Shown piece by piece: positions 61,501-64,000 of a DNA stretch of 64,000 nt. The first letter of the stretch is position 1, and each line of letters starts with the position of its first letter. Under the pieces are notes generated by a model. That model ran no database searches. It was not told the DNA's origin and was given only the letters and a program-made list of their open reading frames with translations. The stretch is taken from positions 111,758-175,757 of the forward strand of contig NMRA01000090.1 in the NCBI GenBank assembly GCA_002633005.1, written 5' to 3'. The DNA comes from Phoronis australis. Its lineage: Eukaryota > Animalia > Phoronida. The position numbers were made by a program, and so were the translations under genes.

Positions 61501-62170
61501 ATAAAAGCCAAGTTTGACCTACTATTGATGCAAACTGGTGGCTGTCATTTGCTATCAACCCCAGTCGTCTGCTGTCTGAAAAACCGGGTGCGATTTCAGG
61601 TGGCTGTCAGACAGAACAAATTTGCCAAAAATTAGCTTGTAAGAGGTTTACTAAGACTACATAGTTAGAATCTAGTGAGGATGAGCATTCTGAATCTGTA
61701 GTCAGACTTTTTCTAGCACTTGCAGGAAAGTGGTTATGTCGGGGAGAATATTGTCAAATATGGTGTTTTTTTGCAAATAGTTTTGTGTGCCGGGATTTTC
61801 TTGCCATGTGTATTAACCGATCAGAAATCTGTACAGTTCGATAGAGTTTTAAACGGGCTTTCATAAGATATTTTTCATTTCTCGCTAGTCGTCATGATCG
61901 TCGTCGTCATCGTCCTCCCCATCGTCCTGTTTTCGCGTAATTTTGCCAAGTGTCGCTCCTCCGAGTGCTCTCATTTTGTTCTGTTTTCCTTTGTTTCTCT
62001 GAAGTTCCCTGACAGATTTTTATGAAATATGGCATGTTCCTGTTTTTGGATAGATTGTACGTCTTTGCGCCATCGTGTGGCCATTTTTGTGATACAAATG
62101 AATAACCCTAAAATCACACCATTTGTGATGCATTCGTGGGCGCATTTCAGCGCTCTGCTTTGCCCTTGTT
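58568..62170 (+). mobile_element. HINE family A copy with 8 monomers, split by a family B insertion (A parts 58568-~59660 and ~61971-62170)
   Basis: 5' GTGGGCGCAT (58588-58597) plus (CCGT)n, monomers colinear with 13042-14818, 3' GTGGGCGCAT (62136-62145); sequence resumes at TCATTTTGTTCTGTTTTCCT, matching 14591-14610. Confidence 0.82.
59681..61973 (+). mobile_element. HINE family B, near full length, with a 674-bp internal tandem duplication and a ~480-bp unrelated insert (~61355-61835)
   Basis: 5' TTTGTGAAATT (59681-59691) plus adjacent inverted AATTCCGCCGA (59694-59704), (GTTT)n-like tract, duplicated block (GCGCATGCGC at 60026 and 60700), 3' AATTTTGCCAA (61939-61949) plus hairpin remnant. 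Confidence 0.78.
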
Positions 62171-63418
62171 ACAGATGCTGATACTGTATTATCAAAGCAA
62201 AAAGCATTTGCATTAGTAACCTTGATTTGCAATAACATTTGAATTTAATTTTTTGTGAAATCTTATATGCAGTCTTGTCATTTGGCAGTAGAACTGATAT
62301 GTGCACAAGCAAGATTCAGTTTGCAAGAATATGTGTACGTAAGGGTCGTCATCTTAAAGCTTAAGATAAATTTCATCAGAAAGATAATCATTAAATGTTA
62401 AAAATCATTTGCTTTCTTATGCATGCAGTAATATTAAGAGTGTCCTAATGAACATGTCTAAAATAATGCGATTAAGATTTATGTGCCATCTAGATTATTG
62501 ATCGCGGTGTTATGAAGTCATCTCATTGATTGTCTGCTCTCTCTCTCTGACTCCCTCTCTCACTGGGTCATTCCTTGTTGCGTTTGAGGAAAACAACAGA
62601 ATTTTGTCATCAGGTTTGTCATCAGCGTTTCAATGGTTAGGTTCATCTACTGCACCCAGTGTGACCGGTGTGTAGCGAATGTGTAGTATTAGACTTTCAC
62701 ATAGGTGCTGGTTTTTCTATGGGGATATTGTTTTAGGTCAGGTTGAGAAACACTGGCAGATCTAGAATACGGTTCGGGGCACCCAAGTACATTTGTTCAA
62801 AAAATTTTGCATTTGTCTTAAAAATGACAGACCAACAGCATTTTTGGATGTGTAGGTACATGGGCCAATGTCAAGTTCTTATTTTGTCTTCATCACATTA
62901 ACAAGCTAAACTTGAAGCAGATAGTGACTCCATCAGTATGACATGCTGTAATTCATGTAGTTGAACTGATAAATTATGTATAATATGCTTTTAAAGCACA
63001 CATATATAGGTGGCGTTTGATATGGATTTGCCCCAATTTCGCCAAACTATGTGGAAATGCACAAATTATCGACGATTTGTAAGATAGTGTTTCCAAAAAA
63101 GTTTGGGTGAAACAAAGAAGCATCCAAAACAAGTTGCAATTAGTAATAACTTATATTTCATATGAAAGCTCTTTAGCTTTAGTTCAATTGTAAACATTGA
63201 CTAACAACAAATTTATTGTAGTAACATAAGAAATTTAAGGAGACATGATACGAAATCCGATCAATTGAGAAACTACAAGAAAAATTATTGATTTTCAGTA
63301 AGTAATGCATAACGTTTTTGTTATGAACACTGACAAAGACAACTAATACAGGAAGTACATGGTGCAATTCAGTAAATATTAGAGGTAATGGAGATAATAG
63401 TGTGATTTATTTTGATAC

Positions 63419-63481
63419 ACATATACTGACTGAATGACCAGTTTGTTGAAGCCAACTGTCATTCAGTCAGTACATATATGT
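63419..63481. repeat. Long inverted repeat / hairpin
   Basis: TACTGACTGAATGAC (63424-63438) / GTCATTCAGTCAGTA (63458-63472) perfect 15 bp, extended inward by CAGTT/AACTG and outward by ACATA/TATGT. Confidence 0.85.
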
Positions 63482-64000
63482 CATATATGATACGAAACTG
63501 ACATTTCTTCTTCTAGTGAAACTTAAAAAGATGTTCAGGCAACGTAAAGTATCTAATGGATAAATTCTTGTGTGAAGATATCTGTGGGTGGTATTTCTTA
63601 ACTGTAAAGTTTTCCTGTAATATCAAACTTATATAGATTTTACTTACATGATTAAATTTTTCTGTTCAGGCAAATCATAGAACTCAAGCCCTGCAATGCC
63701 AACTTTGAACTCGGACCACTGAGGATGCATCACGAATAGGTGGAATTTGTTTGCATTCTTTGTTTCCTCCTTGTTTCTTGCTATGAAATTTACTGTCACT
63801 AAAACCTTTCAAAACTTGGCCATTTTTCAACCGAATAGCATGAGTCATATCATTAAAAAGCAACTTATTAGTTCTTGATAGCATATGATTTTTCCAGAAT
63901 CAAAATGTAAATAATTTTATTGATAAATAATTATCATTTCGCATACCTGACGGGTCTAAAAATATTCTTTAAATCAAAAAACAAGATTGTTACCAAAATT

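Noticed and set aside
62610-62735. Degenerate tRNA-SINE
   Set aside because: Only faint A-box-like and GGTTTTTCT similarity; no B box, tail or TSD.
47530-64000. Additional host protein-coding gene upstream of WAC
   Set aside because: No chain of phase-compatible exons or recognisable protein was found; the region is mostly nested repeats. Small exons of a gene extending beyond the window cannot be excluded.

Overview
Eukaryotic, AT-rich, intron- and repeat-rich genomic DNA, probably from an invertebrate animal (a marine deuterostome is plausible; this is inference only). Two convergent genes can be reconstructed exon by exon with consistent GT-AG sites and phases. On + are the last 9 coding exons (389 aa) of a MYO1A/MYO1B-type class I myosin (IQ neck and TH1 tail, 2024-22167). 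On - is a complete 13-exon, 634-aa WAC orthologue (WW domain-containing adapter with coiled-coil, 47162-30070). Almost all other supplied ORFs are spurious. Non-coding DNA is a mosaic of non-autonomous transposons. The most striking signal is two families with Helentron/DINE-1 (HINE) architecture. Family A has central tandem repeats forming a ~150-bp x 3 higher-order repeat with a co-oriented CTCF-like motif in each monomer (5, 8 or 11 per copy). Family B carries clusters of YY1-like motifs plus NRF1- and ETS-like motifs, and one B copy is nested in an A copy. Also present: a Kolobok-like element with THAP-like starts in both TIRs, a 152-bp TG..CA element with 4-bp TSD and an internal tRNA-like Pol III promoter, a 77-bp perfectly identical dispersed twin, Harbinger/Tc1/pogo MITEs and LINE fragments. 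No CRISPR, rRNA or intact tRNA was seen. Homology statements are from recall of the families, not from database searches.
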